Below, one piece after another: positions 48,977 to 62,100 of a DNA stretch of 64,000 bases. The stretch is from the NCBI GenBank assembly GCA_907165135.1, contig OU015567.1, positions 8,556,001 through 8,620,000 of the forward strand. Direction: 5' to 3'. The position numbers were made by a program, and so were the translations under genes. The notes beneath the pieces are model-generated. The model was not told the DNA's origin. It worked only from the letters and a program-made list of their open reading frames with translations, and did no database searches. The first letter of the stretch is position 1, and every line of letters begins with the position of its first letter. Source of the stretch: Oikopleura dioica. Its lineage: Eukaryota > Animalia > Chordata.

Positions 48977-49460
48977 ATGGATGTTGATAATTACCTGAGC
49001 ATCAAAAATTCCGGGTGCACATTGACCTGACGCGCCTGAACAAAGGCATTCTCACGAAAGAAGAAATTGACAGTAGGTGAAGTGAGCGTAAATCAAAATT
49101 ACCTGAATAAAAGAGCAATGTATCGATAGCATTTTGCAGCCTGACAAAGACAATCCTCTGCAGTACAGCGGAAAAGAGGCAAAAACGTATTTCGAGGTCG
49201 AAAATGCGGGCAATAAATCTCTTGGAAAGGTAAGTAAGCTTTCTTTTCATCTTTGATTTTCACAAAGTGAAGTCACGTGACGCAAATTAACCGCGCCTTC
49301 GCCAGTCATAAATATTAACCTTTAGATTGTCGGATGGATTACAGACGTCTTTGCAAAGCTTGAGGCGAGGAAAACAACCAACGAAAACGTTGAATTTTCT
49401 CTTGACGACTTGACTGGTAATTTCAATCGTGGAATCAGATTTTATTGCCTTTTTTATGCA
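48977..49460 (+). CDS. Small hypothetical multi-exon protein
   Basis: Exons FRVHIDLTRLNKGILTKEEIDS, PDKDNPLQYSGKEAKTYFEVENAGNKSLGK and IVGWITDVFAKLE, with GT-AG introns; the start needs a homopolymer correction and the end is uncertain. Confidence 0.4.
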
Positions 49461-49774
49461 GAGTGGTTACTCACGGACTGCGTCTCACTTTTTGCGGTAA
49501 CAGAGAAAATAGGCGACCAGGGAATAGGAAAGGGTCTTCATGGCGACATAGAAGAGAGCGGGGTTCTTATCGGTTTTTCTAAGTCTCTGATAAAACGACC
49601 TCTCACAAAGAAAATCACATGCATCTTCTTCCAGCGTCACGACTCTGCAATATTGTCCGTTGCTATCATCTTATTTCAGCAGTTTGAAAGACAACCGCGA
49701 AAAATTTTCAGACACTGCCTTGCTTCAAAAATTCGCCAAATAACAATTTATTTACTTTCGTCTTGCATTTTTAG

Positions 49775-51117
49775 ATGGTCGATGATCGTGATCGGCTCTT
49801 TACGACTTTGACTGATGAGGATGAGCCTTGCTCGTCCGGGCTCAACAGTGAAAATGACACGCTTCTGAGATCAAGGTTTTTAAAAAAAGGTTTTCATTTT
49901 TGATTTCAATTTCTCGCTTTCAGGAGTATAAAAACTTCTGTTGGCGAATCGGGCTCGGACGCTCAACCTTCATCGCTCAACACTTCGGCCGACACTACCA
50001 ACACAGCTCGTTTCGACGTTGCAAAACTCGTATGGGACGGCAGTTGGCACGTTGTCAAGCATTCCGACCTGCCTCTTTGGCTTCAGGACAATGACTATCT
50101 TGTCAACTGGCATAGACCGCCTGTGAGAAGCTTTGGCTACTGCTTTTCGTCGATTTTCAGATGGCACACCGAAACGGGGAACATTTGGACTCATCTCATC
50201 GGCGGATTGGTACTTCTGGCTTTTGGATTGTGATTTAAAGAATATTTTAGATCTTTATTGGACTAACGTCTTACTACATGTTTTTACCGACAGTCCGCTT
50301 CGTCGCGCCTCTGGAAGAAAAGCTCGTCTTTGCTCTTTTCTTCATTTCGGCGATGCTTTGCCTATTTTTCTCAACCTTATTCCACACTCTCAGTGAGTAA
50401 GATCTTATAAGGGCTGTGCTTAAATTTCTCCTAGGTTGCCACTCTGAGCGTATTTTACATATCTTTGGCAAATTAGACTATTCTGGAATTGCACTCCTTA
50501 CTATGGGCAGCTTCGTTCCTTGGGTCTACTACACATTTTACTGTGAAACTCAATCAAAAATTGTATATATGGGTAAGCAAAGTTTCGTTGTTCCCAACTA
50601 ATTCGATGTTTCAGTAACGATTTCTATCTTGGCTGTTATTTCTGTGATTCTGAGTCAATGGGACAGATTCGCACGTCCCGAGTATCGCGCTATCCGCGCT
50701 GGTGTATTTCTATCTCTTGGCCTATCCGGTGTTATACCTATGATTCACGCTTTAATTAAAAATGGTGCAAAATGTAAGTACCCACCCCATTTTCTCCCCG
50801 TTCATTGTTCTTCAGTCTCTTTTGGGGAGGGTCAGATTCATTGGATGATTCTGATGGGAGTCCTCTATGTCGGTGGGGCTACCTTTTACGCGACGCGTTT
50901 TCCAGGTAAAGTCTACTATCATTCTTTGTCTTAACATACGGTAGAATGCGTCTGGCCCGGCCGCTTCGACCTCGTGTTCCAGTCCCATCAAATTTTCCAC
51001 GTCGCCGTTGTTGTAGCTGCTCTTATTCACATGTACGGAATTTCAAACCTGCAATATTACCGCTGGGAACAAGGAAACACCTGCACGCCTGATCCCAATG
51101 ATTCTGATGTTCTTTAA
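49775..51117 (+). CDS. ADIPOR: Adiponectin receptor (PAQR family)
   Basis: WHVVKHSDLPLWLQDNDYLVNWHRPP..HTETGNIWTHL, CHSE..KLDYSGIALLTMGSFVPWVYY, PGRFDLVFQSHQIFHV..H. Confidence 0.94.
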
Positions 51118-51282
51118 AAAGTTGTTCGTTTTTGATTCTTTGCCCTTCTTGCAAAAAATAATTATAATAATTGAACTGTTTACGAGCAGGTCTCGTGTTC
51201 AGTCCGATTCTTCATTCCCTGAAAAATTCAAATAAAATTCATTTTCCAATTCAACTTTCTCTTAATTCGTTCGTCAGCTAGA

Positions 51283-51615
51283 ATGTCCGCCGCTCGACAG
51301 CTCTCTCGACACCTCAAGGAGCTCCGAATCCATCTTTGCCAGACTTCCTCTGCTTCCAAGGGCGCTCGGGAATTTATCAGCGCCAACTACACCACTTTGA
51401 AGTCAGCTAACCCTGACTTTCCCATCCTCATCCGCGAGTGCTCAGGCATCCAGGTAATTTCGAAGCCCTCTTCTTCGACCTTCAAGCGCGTTTAGCCCCG
51501 AGTTATTGGCCGATACGCTTACGGCCGAGAAGAGAAAATCGTCTTGAGCGACATGAGCGCCAACGAAGTCGACCAAGCCATCAACTCCCTTGCCGCTGGT
51601 CCCTCTACCAACTAG
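51283..51615 (+). CDS. NDUFA2: Complex I subunit B8
   Basis: [41 protein letters not shown]|[12 protein letters not shown]. Confidence 0.95.
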
Positions 51616-51748
51616 ATCAAAAGTTCAATTTACTGGCAATTTATAACTTATATAGTATTTATTTTTGTCTCCAAAGGCAAAAGGTCTCAAAGAGTCTTCA
51701 CAAAAAAGTTTTACTAAAAATCATTTCTCGACACTTTTCTTCTTCAGA

Positions 51749-54261
51749 ATGCAGGGTAGAAAAACGGTATGAAATGGGAAAAGAGGAAAAGGGCCACCTG
51801 AGTATTGGCAGAGGTGGAGTAATAAGCCAGTATTCCGGCCGGGAGAGAAATGTCTCCGAGATTGAGGAGAAAGGAGAGCTCGTTGATCGAATCTGCGAGG
51901 CATTGAGATCATGGAAGAGAATTCGCCTTGGCATCAAACTTGGTCCGTTTATTCATTTTTGCCTCTTTCTTATTTTCCAATAGAAAGTTCCCATATTGCT
52001 AGTCATGATCGTTGGCTAATGCTTGTTGCGGATCACTCGGAGGATGACGGATATCGATATTTTCTCGTTGGACTTGACATCAAGGAAGAAGAGATTACAA
52101 TTGGCTTGTACTTGCCTATCACAGTGAATACTCGAGTCTCTCTTGATGGCGATGGAGCCATTGTTGTTACTGGAGATGTGCAAAAGCCAACAACTCTTGC
52201 TGCCTTCAAGCCTATTTCTATCCAAGGTAAACAATTCGACCAAGACTTTCTGCTTTACAGTAACTAGGTCTTTGGTCACTTTACACAGTTCTTTGCCGAC
52301 TAACCACCCAGGCGCCTTGCAATACCAACCCAAGACCAAACTCAGCACCAGAGGTCAAAAGTCCATCATCGATTTTAACCTCGACGCGGGCGGAGAAGAA
52401 TTTATGGGAGTATGACTCCGATTTGTGGTCGAAGCGGCCCGACCGCGTGCAGCACCAGGTTATTGACGACTCAACAGGGACGGCTTCAATTATTTTAACG
52501 CCCCGTTTTACTGCCAGTTGTAAAGCATATGGAAGTGTCAGGTTTCTGGATAGATGGGGCCTTGACCGCATGTCCAGAAGTAAATTAAGTTTGCATGTGT
52601 CAATCAAACTAGAGCCTGTTAAAGACTTGGAGATAAAAAGAAACATCAGGATCACCCTAAAGTTTCTTATGAGCAAAATGGATCTTGACATCGCCACGCC
52701 GAAGGAAATTCAAGAATCCGTTGTTGAAAAAATGCCCAACGTCGATTTGGAAGCGTACAAAAAGTATATCGATACTGAGGTTTTATAATCAAGTATCTTT
52801 CATTTTTTATCGTTATTTGTAGATGCTGACAGTTTTGGGCGAGATGGAAAGCTCCGCTCAAATTCTGGATTTTCTCTATCTTGGTTCAGAGTGGAACGCA
52901 GCAAATTTAGACGAGCTAGAGGAAAACAAAATTACGCACATTCTCAATGTCACCAAGGTGTGTTTTTCCCAAATTTCGAATCATGGAATGTCTTCAGGAA
53001 ATCGACAATTTTCATCCCGAACGATTCCAATACAAGAATATTCTCCTGTATGATCTTGAAAGCTCCAACCTCCTCGATCACTGGGAGACGACTTTTCGCT
53101 TTATAGGCGAGTCTTCAATTCGAGAAAAAAATTGAAATTTGAAGCTTAGATTCCGCGCGAATGAAAGACGGACGGGTTTTGGTGCACTGCAAGATGGGAA
53201 TATCCCGTTCTGCCTCGACCGTATGCGCCTATTTGATGAAAAGTCTCAACTGGAGCCTCGAACAAGCCCTTTCCCACGTCAAAAATCGACGTCCCATCGC
53301 CAATCCCAATGATAGCTTCATCCAACAACTGCAGATTTACGAGGGAATGTTAGCCGCGCAGATTTTTCGCGATGAACTTGATCATGGAGGCGGAGTTGCG
53401 GCAGAAACTGTTTCAGACACAGACTTGATCGACATTGAAAAATCTAGGTAAGGAGCTGGTCTTGAACCATTTTCATAAAATTTTAATAGAGTAAAAAAAC
53501 TTGTCAACAATTTTCATAAACGAGAAAGAGCCATCCGAAGGTCGAATTCCGCCAATCATAAAAAGTAAGGTCATCATTCTAAATCTTCCTCTATAATTTC
53601 TCAGGAGACCATTAAAATTCGGTCGAAATGGAACAACTCTCCAAGACGATGACGACATCCCAACACGACTTGTGATGAGCCATTCCGAGGGAGAATCGAG
53701 CTCCAACGAAACAGATTTCCGGAACGGCCCGAACCTCCGCGAGATCTCACTCAGCTCGGTTTCCGAGTATCCTACTTCTGTTGTCGAGACGTCTGATGTC
53801 TTCGACATTTCTCATTCTCTCTGTAAGAGTTCAAAACAAGCTCTCTGTCCATTTGTCATTCTTTAGGTTCTTTGAGTGAGTCTGAATCTGATGCAGAGCC
53901 GTCTACAAACGATTCTGTCGTGCGTCTCCGTCGAGCAGGACTTGTCCGTCTTCGAACCCGTCAAATCGAAGCTAGAATACGCCGAAGAAACAAACGACGG
54001 CCGAAGAACTTGCCAACTCCTTCCCACCAACCTACCGCTCTTAAAAAGCCCGAATCAAAATTTTCCTTTTTGAAAAGTCAAAGTACTACTACTGCTGAAC
54101 CACCTTGCCATTACGTGTGCCATCCCTTCAAATTCCGCGCTGCCGGACCGAGAAGCCTTTCGCTCGAGCTAGAAAGTGATCGCCACTTCTTTTCCGACCA
54201 TGCTTGCTGTCTATCCGAATCTGCCTGTCTTTACCAGAGTCATATTTATCAATCTGTATGA
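51749..54261 (+). CDS. SSH: Slingshot dual-specificity phosphatase
   Basis: N-terminal SLDGDG..FKPISIQ, DEK-C-like region, FLYLGSEWNAAN, catalytic VLVHCKMGISRSAS. One GC-AG intron at ~53111; the start needs a -1 A correction. Confidence 0.92.
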
Positions 54262-56112
54262 AACTATTATAACTACGAAAAATAAATAAATAGACAAGGA
54301 GAATGAAATTAATAAATTCATTCTTCCATAAATTGTGGAAATAGATATGCTAAATAGTCATTATTTAATATCTTTTTCAGTCGATATATCATATATGATG
54401 AGCAGGGTTTCTTTTACTGTCAGAAATCGGAAGAGCAGGGCCAAATAACGTATATATTTTGGTAAAACAAGCAAAGTAAACGACGCAAAATACAGAGCTA
54501 GCCTTTTGGTGACCTTGACGCACCGACAGCGCTTTTTAGGTGAGATTAAAAACACTTAGAAATGAGGTAAAGAGTAGACGAAATAGAGTAACCTTCTTGG
54601 AAGAGGGAGCGTAATTGAGTGATGCCGGCAAGGTCGAATGAGTTTGGCAGATTATAAGGAAATATAGGTAGATACTGTTGTCTTCTGGGTTACTTTTTTC
54701 GATCTTTTAGTTTCAAACGACCTAAATTATTTTGAAACTTATCTTTATATTTAAGATTCATAAATTTTACATGTTTTGTAACGAAGATTTTTAAAATGCC
54801 TCACAGGCTCATTATAATCGACTTCTCAAGGAAGTAAAGAAAGCAGTCTTTTTTCGTCAAAAAGTATCATTAAAAATATGTTCGCCAGAATGTGCAAATA
54901 AATCTTAAATCTGATGATTTCTTTCCCGTAGCATAGGCCAGTTGCTAATTAATTAAAGTTTGAACAGATTGTTACCACTGACGGCGCTGGCAGGAGCGAA
55001 ATAAACTAACTGGCGGTAGTGGTATTTTTTCCGAGCCAAATCAATACATTCCATTTTTCCAAGCTCACTTTCAGCTGCTCAGAATCGGAGAAAAGAGAGC
55101 TTGAATTTATTGGCGAAGAGAAGGAGAGAATAAATCAACAGCTGTCCATCCCCCAAAACCGGCTCGGCTGCGTCAAATGAGTTCGATAAGCTGAGCAAAC
55201 CAGTCCTATTTTTTCTCAAGAAGAAAACAAAGAGAAACACTGAAACAAGGTCGGACAGAGGATAAAAGGATGATCGAAGAGAGTGGACTTGGATTCGAGA
55301 TAAAGGAAGGGCTTCAAAAGTTAATTGATTGTTATTGCCTTTGCAATACAATCAATAATGAAAGTTGTCCTTTGAAAGCCCACTTCTAGCTCATAATTTG
55401 CACTATATCGTCGTTATACTTCATTTTTCCGGTGATATGAACGGATCAAAAATATGATGATAAACAGAAATTTCATTATCTTAAATGTTTCATTGATTGA
55501 TCCAGTGAAAAGTATTAGCGATATTTCTTTTGAAAGAATTCGAACTGCGCGACATTTGTAATGGAGAATCGTTTTGTCGAATTTACAACAAGTGCCTTCA
55601 ATGCTTCACATGTCGAGGTAAATTTGGATTAACTGGCTAATCGCCAGCATGGATTATAGAAAGACAATTATTGATTAATCTGATGCTGATTGAAAATAAT
55701 GATTTTCGTCAATGACCTTCAAAGGGAATGTCAAAATGTAAAAATTAAGTCGAAACCAAGTTGATTTTTTGATTACGTAACTGATTCAAATGTCACTGTT
55801 CTTGACCTCAATTAATTTTTCAGATTGCCGATCCAAAAACAGTTCTACAACCGACTTCTCAAAGGCGACGGTACACAGCTGTGGCAGCGATTCTCGCCTT
55901 GAACACGTATAAAAATTGAATTCATTAGTAATATGTTCTGTCTGTATGGAAATTCTTCCACCTTACACTTATTCGGGATTTGAGGATTCAAGTACAGCAC
56001 GAGAATAATTCTAAGCTACCTCTTTAGTCTTCGTTTCGGAAAAGTAAATAAAGGCTAAATATGTGTTCGAAGCTGATTTTTGTATAAAATATTTATTCAC
56101 CCAGAATTTGCC

Positions 56113-58979
56113 TCAAACAGAAGGACAGTAATGATCGGCTGGATTTTGATCAGCAGGAATAGTCACTTCTTTGCGACATCTAAATTTTCTATTCAGGGTA
56201 CATGTCGTATCATTCCATTTTTTGCCATTTCCATTTGGCGCAGTCATGCTCCAACTCTCGATACAGGCTTCGAAGGAATTCCCATTCGGCTCTCCTGACG
56301 CCCAATGTGTGATCGTCTGTGGGGATCCATCGGCAGCTACGAAGCCGCCTGAGCCGTCTTTAGAGATTCCAAGCCACTCGGTTGTGTCAGCTGAGATCGT
56401 GTTATAGGCATCTAACTCTTCCTGGGTCTTGAAAAAAGCGATGAAAGAGCCCTCACTAGAACAAGCTTGCTCTGCGTCAGCGAAAGAAACCGGGGTGTCG
56501 TGAAGCTCAAACTGAATACAGTCTTTTGTTCCAACAGGCTCGTAGCAAACAGAATCGGTAGGATCAGCCTGATCAACGGGAACCTCAGTTTCAATTCGAC
56601 AATGAAACTTTGGGATGGGTCCAACGCACCCGACATCATTCCACTGGTATGCAAGGGGGTCTGTTTCTTTTTTGCTCATGATGCAGTCCTGTGAAGGAAG
56701 ATGCGCAAAATCAGGATTGTGCCCATTTGGTTCTCCAGCAGCCCAGTTTGTTATTGCCTGTGTTGAGCCATCTGCTGCTTGCACCCCTCCTAGATTATCT
56801 GTTTTGCTTATACCGAGCCACTGGATTTCAGGTGATGGTAAGGAATTGTACAAATCAAGTTCTTCTTGTGTCTAATAATCGGCTGCAATATATCATAAAA
56901 TGTGGGAAACGCTCGTCTAAATTACCAATTGGTAATGCATTACCAATGTTGGTAATCCATTACCAATTTTTTTGTAATGCATTACCAAACTTCCCGAAAA
57001 GTGCCAATTTTGTTTAGTCAAAGAGCCCTTGTGCGCTCCGCGCCTGTGTGATAGAAAACGTTTGGGAGTGATTTACTCATTTTTTGGACAAAAAATCAGA
57101 ACTTATGAAAAAAGTTTGGTAATGGATTACCAATTTTTGGTAATGCATTACCAAAAATCTTTGGTAATTTAGACGAGCGTCCCCGAAAAATGTCACTTTG
57201 ATCATTCTCACTCAAGGCAAATATTTCTTATATAATCATGAAAAAAATTCTGTAACCAAGCCTTGAAAAATGGAAGATAACCGCCGAGGTTGGCACAAAC
57301 GACTTCTGCATCCGCAAAAGCCATAGAAGTATCGTGGTATTGGAAGGAGACACAGGTCTTGGTTGGTGGTGGATCGCAGCGGATTTCACTGCCGGCATTA
57401 GTGAACTGAGAATTTTCGCAGACAATGGTCGACTCACCGACAAGCGTGTGCGTCGGGTCCGCGCAGGTCAGATCGCAAGTTACTGGAGTCGTTTGATAAA
57501 AAGACTCGATTCCTGAGCAGCTTATATTGAAAGCGCTCTTATCGATGGTAAAAGCTGAGTCGATTTGCCCGCAGGGCGTGTCGTATTCGGGCACACACTC
57601 GACCATTTCTGATTGAGAGTCGTGAACGTGCTGGTAAGTACTACTCGCAGTGTCACACTGAAGAGTGAGATAAGTTGGCATTTCCCCAGCAGGGCAGGAA
57701 AGTGAGCATGAATCACCAGTGCAAGTAGAAGTTAGTCCTGTATTGTCAACGTTGTAAAAGTCTTCAAGACGACCGCATGAAGTTTCGGCACAGTAGATTT
57801 CCGAACCACCAGGAGGCGTAAGCGCTCCATTTGAGCATGAAACTTCGCTGACAGGGTAAGGAACAGGTCTCGAAGCATCTCCGTCGCATGTGAGAGAGCA
57901 CGTCTCTCCAGAGCAGGTAGCGGTGACATCAACCCAGTTTTCTCCATAATTGAAGTCCGCTGGATCACCGCAACTGGTTGCTTTGCAAGTGAGAGTCATT
58001 GAAGAAGCATCCGTTGGTGAAATTTCTCCTGCATTGCATCCAACAACGGAAGCTGGATATGGGAAAAGAGAAGTGTCGGTGCAGGTTGCCGTACAAGAGT
58101 CGGCGCTCGAGTCACAAGTGAAAGTTCCATCAGCGAAGCTTGATTCGAATGATGAAAGATCGCCGCAACTCAAGGATGTTGATGGCGCGGTTGTTGGAGC
58201 GGCCGTTGTTGAAGCCACTGGAGGAGGTACTGTTGTTGAAGCAACTGGCGGGGCTGCTGTTGTTGTTACGACAGGAGGAGAGGCTGTTGTTGTTGCGATC
58301 CCTGATAGATTTTATGAGGAAAATCTTTTGATCTTGACTCACCTGGACATGTGAAAGCTGCAACGTCAGCATCAGTGATCATGCGACTGAATTTCTTTGC
58401 ATTCCAGCCACAATTCTTGCCGTTCCATCGTGGACAAGTACAAACCGCTGTCAATTGATAAGCCTCGCCGTTTGGAAGTTGCAATTTCTCACCGTTCGCG
58501 CATTTGTAGGTACATTTCTTTCTGTTCAGGCCGTTGATCCCGCAAGTAACAGTAATACCTTCAGGTGGAGCGGCAAGATCAGTCGCGCATGTGTCGCATT
58601 CACCGAGAAGTCGCTTCCAGAAAAAGAACTTATGAGGATTGAAGCGGCATTTTGTACGACGCCTTCCAACGGCGAGATAGCCTTTTTGCCTGGTTAAGCT
58701 GTTCTACAAAATAGAAAATAAACCTACCTTGGTCACAGACAAGAGCACAAGTAGACTGATCGCAGACGACTTGTCCGTTAACAGGAGTCTCTAAAGGCTC
58801 GCAAAGACTGTAAAGAGCAGCGATTCTTCCAGCTGGAGCTCCCCAACCACCCTTTTTTTGGTTTAGCACATCAAGAAAATCTCTATATCTCGGCTGCTCG
58901 TAGGAGAGTGCTACTGTTGTGAGAGACGAGAAAAGCTTAAAATTGAAATTAAGTTTTCTCGGCGTTTTCGTACCTTCAT
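56113..58979 (-). CDS. Secreted multidomain protein, copy A: Cys-rich modules, Thr/Ala linker and two C-type lectin domains
   Basis: MK|LFSSLTTVALS signal-like start; CTLDs with WLG, EPN and WND motifs; stop after HYCPSV. Confidence 0.85.
56904..57185. mobile_element. ~280-bp MITE in an intron of lectin copy A only
   Basis: TIR GGGAAACGCTCGTCTAAATTACC / GGTAATTTAGACGAGCGTCCCC; flanking AAAATGT duplicated (7-9-bp TSD); empty site in copy B at ~60303; internal TTGGTAATGCATTACCAA palindromes. Confidence 0.85.
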
Positions 58980-59518
58980 TCTTTTCCCTTTCTCTGCTAG
59001 ATAATATAAGCCAATATTTGGCTTATCTTCGCATCAGCACTATGTTTCGTTCGAGATGAAGATCTCTGCGAGACAAAATATCATTGAATATTATTCAACT
59101 GGTCATGTTGTTGCGGTTTATTTTTGCGAAAATATTCTGGGCGTATCGAACTAATCAGACATAGAAAGTTCAGTCAAAATGTAAAACTAAAACCTTCTTT
59201 CATTTTTTGAGCAATAAATATCGAGCTTTCTATTTGAAAAACTCTGAGTATTTGGATAACTAGGAACGGGGAAAATGACGATTGATTAATGATGGAACCT
59301 ATGATAGCTACGTTCAGTTTCCATGTTTGTGTCAACAAAGGCCACCGCAGGATGACAGAGTTTGTGTCAAATGACAGTCCCCACTCATACAGTCATTTTC
59401 AAGAAAGAAGTGAGGTGAATCAACGTTATTGTCGAGTTTTATTTTGATCGAAAATAAAGGCTAAATATGTGTTCGAAGCTGATTTTTGTATAAAATATTT
59501 ATTCGCCCAGAATTTGCC

Positions 59519-62100
59519 TCAAACAGAAGGACAGTAATGATCGGCTGGATTTTGATCAGCTGGAATAGTCACTTCTTTGCGACATCTAAATTTTCTATTC
59601 AGGGTACATGTCGTATCATTCCATTTTTTGCCATTTCCATTTGGCGCAGTAATGCTCCAACTCTCGATACAGGCTTCGAAGGAATTCCCATTCGGCTCTC
59701 CTGACGCCCAATGTGTGATCGTCTGTGGGGATCCATCGGCAGCTACGAAGCCGCCTGAGCCGTCTTTAGAGATTCCAAGCCACTCGGTTGTATCGGCTGA
59801 GATCGTGTTATAGGCATCAAGTTCTTCCTGGGTCTTGAAAAACGCGATGAAAGAGCCCTCACTTGTACAAGTTTGCTCTGCGTCAGCGAAAGGAACAGGG
59901 GTGTCGTGAAGCTCAAACTGGATACAATCTTTTGTTCCAACAGGCTCGTAGCAAACAGAATCGGTAGGATCAGCCTGATCTACGGGAACCTCAGATTTAG
60001 TTCTACAATAGAACTTCGGGTTGGTTCCAACGCACCCGACATCATTCCACTGGTATGCAAGGGGGTCTGTTTCTTTTTTGCTAACGAGACAGTCCTGTGA
60101 AGGTTGATTGGCAAAATCAGGATTGTGCCCATTCGGTTCTCCAACAGCCCAGTTTGTTATTGTCAGTGTTGAACCATCTGCACCTTGCACTCCTCCTTGA
60201 TTATCTGTTTTGCTTATACCCAGCCATTGGCTAGTAGGTGATGGTAACGAATTGTACAAATCAAGTTCTTCTTGTGTCTAATAATCGGCTGCGATAAATC
60301 ATAAAATGTCACTTCAATCATCCACACTCAAGGCAAATATTACTAAAATTATTAAAATCGGGAGGGAATTCTGCAACCAAGCCTTGAAAAATGGAAGGTA
60401 ACCGCCGAGGTTGGCACAAACGACTTCTGCATCCGCGAAAGCCATAGAAGTATCTTGGTATTGGAAGGAGACACAGGTCTTGGTTGGTGGTGGATCGCAG
60501 CGGATTTCACTGCCCGCATTGGTGAACTGAGAATTCTCGCAGACGACGGTCGACTCGCCGACAAGCGTGTGCGTCGGGTCCGCGCAGGTCAGATCGCAAG
60601 TTACTGGAGTCGTTTGATAAAAAGACTCGATTCCTGAGCAGCTTATATTGAAAGCATTCTTATCGATGGTAAAAGCTGAGTCGATTTGCCCGCAGGGCGT
60701 GTCGTATTCGGGCACACACTCGACCATTTCTGATTGAGAGTCGTGAACGTGCTGGTAAGTACTACTCGCAGTGTCACACTGAAGAGTGAGATAAGTTGGC
60801 ATTTCCCCAGCAGGGCAGGAAAGTGAGCATGAATCACCAGTGCAAGTAGAAGTTAGTCCTGTATTGTCAACGTTGTAAAAGTCTTCAAGACGACCGCATG
60901 AAGTTTCGGCACAGTAGATTTCCGAACCACCAGGAGGCGTAAGCGCTCCATTTGAGCATGAAACTTCGCTGACAGGGTAAGGAACAGGTCTCGAAGCATC
61001 TCCGTCGCATGTGAGAGAGCACGTCTCTCCAGAGCAGGTAGCGGTGACATCAACCCAGTTTTCTCCATAATTGAAGTCCGCTGGATCACCGCAACTGGTT
61101 GCTTTGCAAGTGAGAGTCATTGAAGAAGCATCCGTTGGTGAAATTTCTCCTGCATTGCATCCAACAACGGAAGCTGGATATGGGAAAAGAGAAGTGTCGG
61201 TGCAGGTTGCCGTACAAGAGTCGGCGCTCGAGTCACAAGTGAAAGTTCCATCAGCGAAGCTTGATTCGAATGATGAAAGATCGCCGCAACTCAAGGATGT
61301 TGATGGCGCGGTTGTTGGAGCGGCCGTTGTTGAAGCCACTGGAGGAGGTACTGTTGTTGAAGCAACTGGCGGGGCTGCTGTTGTTGTTACGACAGGAGGA
61401 GAGGCTGTTGTTGTTGCGATCCCTGATAGATTTTATGAGGAAAATCTTTTGATCTTGACTCACCTGGACATGTGAAAGCTGCAACGTCAGCATCAGTGAT
61501 CATGCGACTGAATTTCTTTGCATTCCAGCCACAATTCTTGCCGTTCCATCGTGGACAAGTACAAACCGCTGTCAATTGATAAGCCTCGCCGTTTGGAAGT
61601 TGCAATTTCTCACCGTTCGCGCATTTGTAGGTACATTTCTTTCTGTTCAGGCCGTTGATCCCGCAAGTAACAGTAATACCTTCAGGTGGAGCGGCAAGAT
61701 CAGTCGCGCATGTGTCGCATTCACCGAGAAGTCGCTTCCAGAAAAAGAACTTATGAGGATTGAAGCGGCATTTTGTACGACGCCTTCCAACGGCGAGATA
61801 GCCTTTTTGCCTGGTTAAGCTGTTCTACAAAATAGAAAATAAACCTACCTTGGTCACAGACAAGAGCACAAGTAGACTGATCGCAGACGACTTGTCCGTT
61901 AACAGGAGTCTCTAAAGGCTCGCAAAGACTGTAAAGAGCAGCGATTCTTCCGACTGGAGCTCCCCAACCACCCTTTTTTTGGTTTAGCACATCAAGAAAA
62001 TCTCTATATCTCGGCTGCTCGTAGGAGAGTGCTACTGTTGTGAGAGACGAGAAAAGCTTAAAATTGAAATTAAGTTTTCTCGGCGTTTTCGTACCTTCAT
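59519..62100 (-). CDS. Secreted multidomain C-type lectin protein, copy B (tandem paralog)
   Basis: Same exon structure as copy A; GC-AG intron after LPFFK. Confidence 0.85.

Noticed and set aside
7120-51770. Frameshifts in the K/E-rich gene (~7130), PERK (~13530), HTATSF1 (~18070), CHMP3 (~39738), SSH (~51762) and others, as programmed frameshifting or pseudogenes
   Set aside because: All fall in homopolymer runs, affect several conserved housekeeping genes, and the tandem repeat copies differ in the same way. This is typical of long-read assembly error; raw or short reads would confirm.
55080-55915. Possible + strand exons (ICNGESFCRIYNKCLQCFTCR; LPIQKQFYNRLL) as a small Cys-rich gene
   Set aside because: Could not build a consistent gene model; the upstream segment has stops in all frames.
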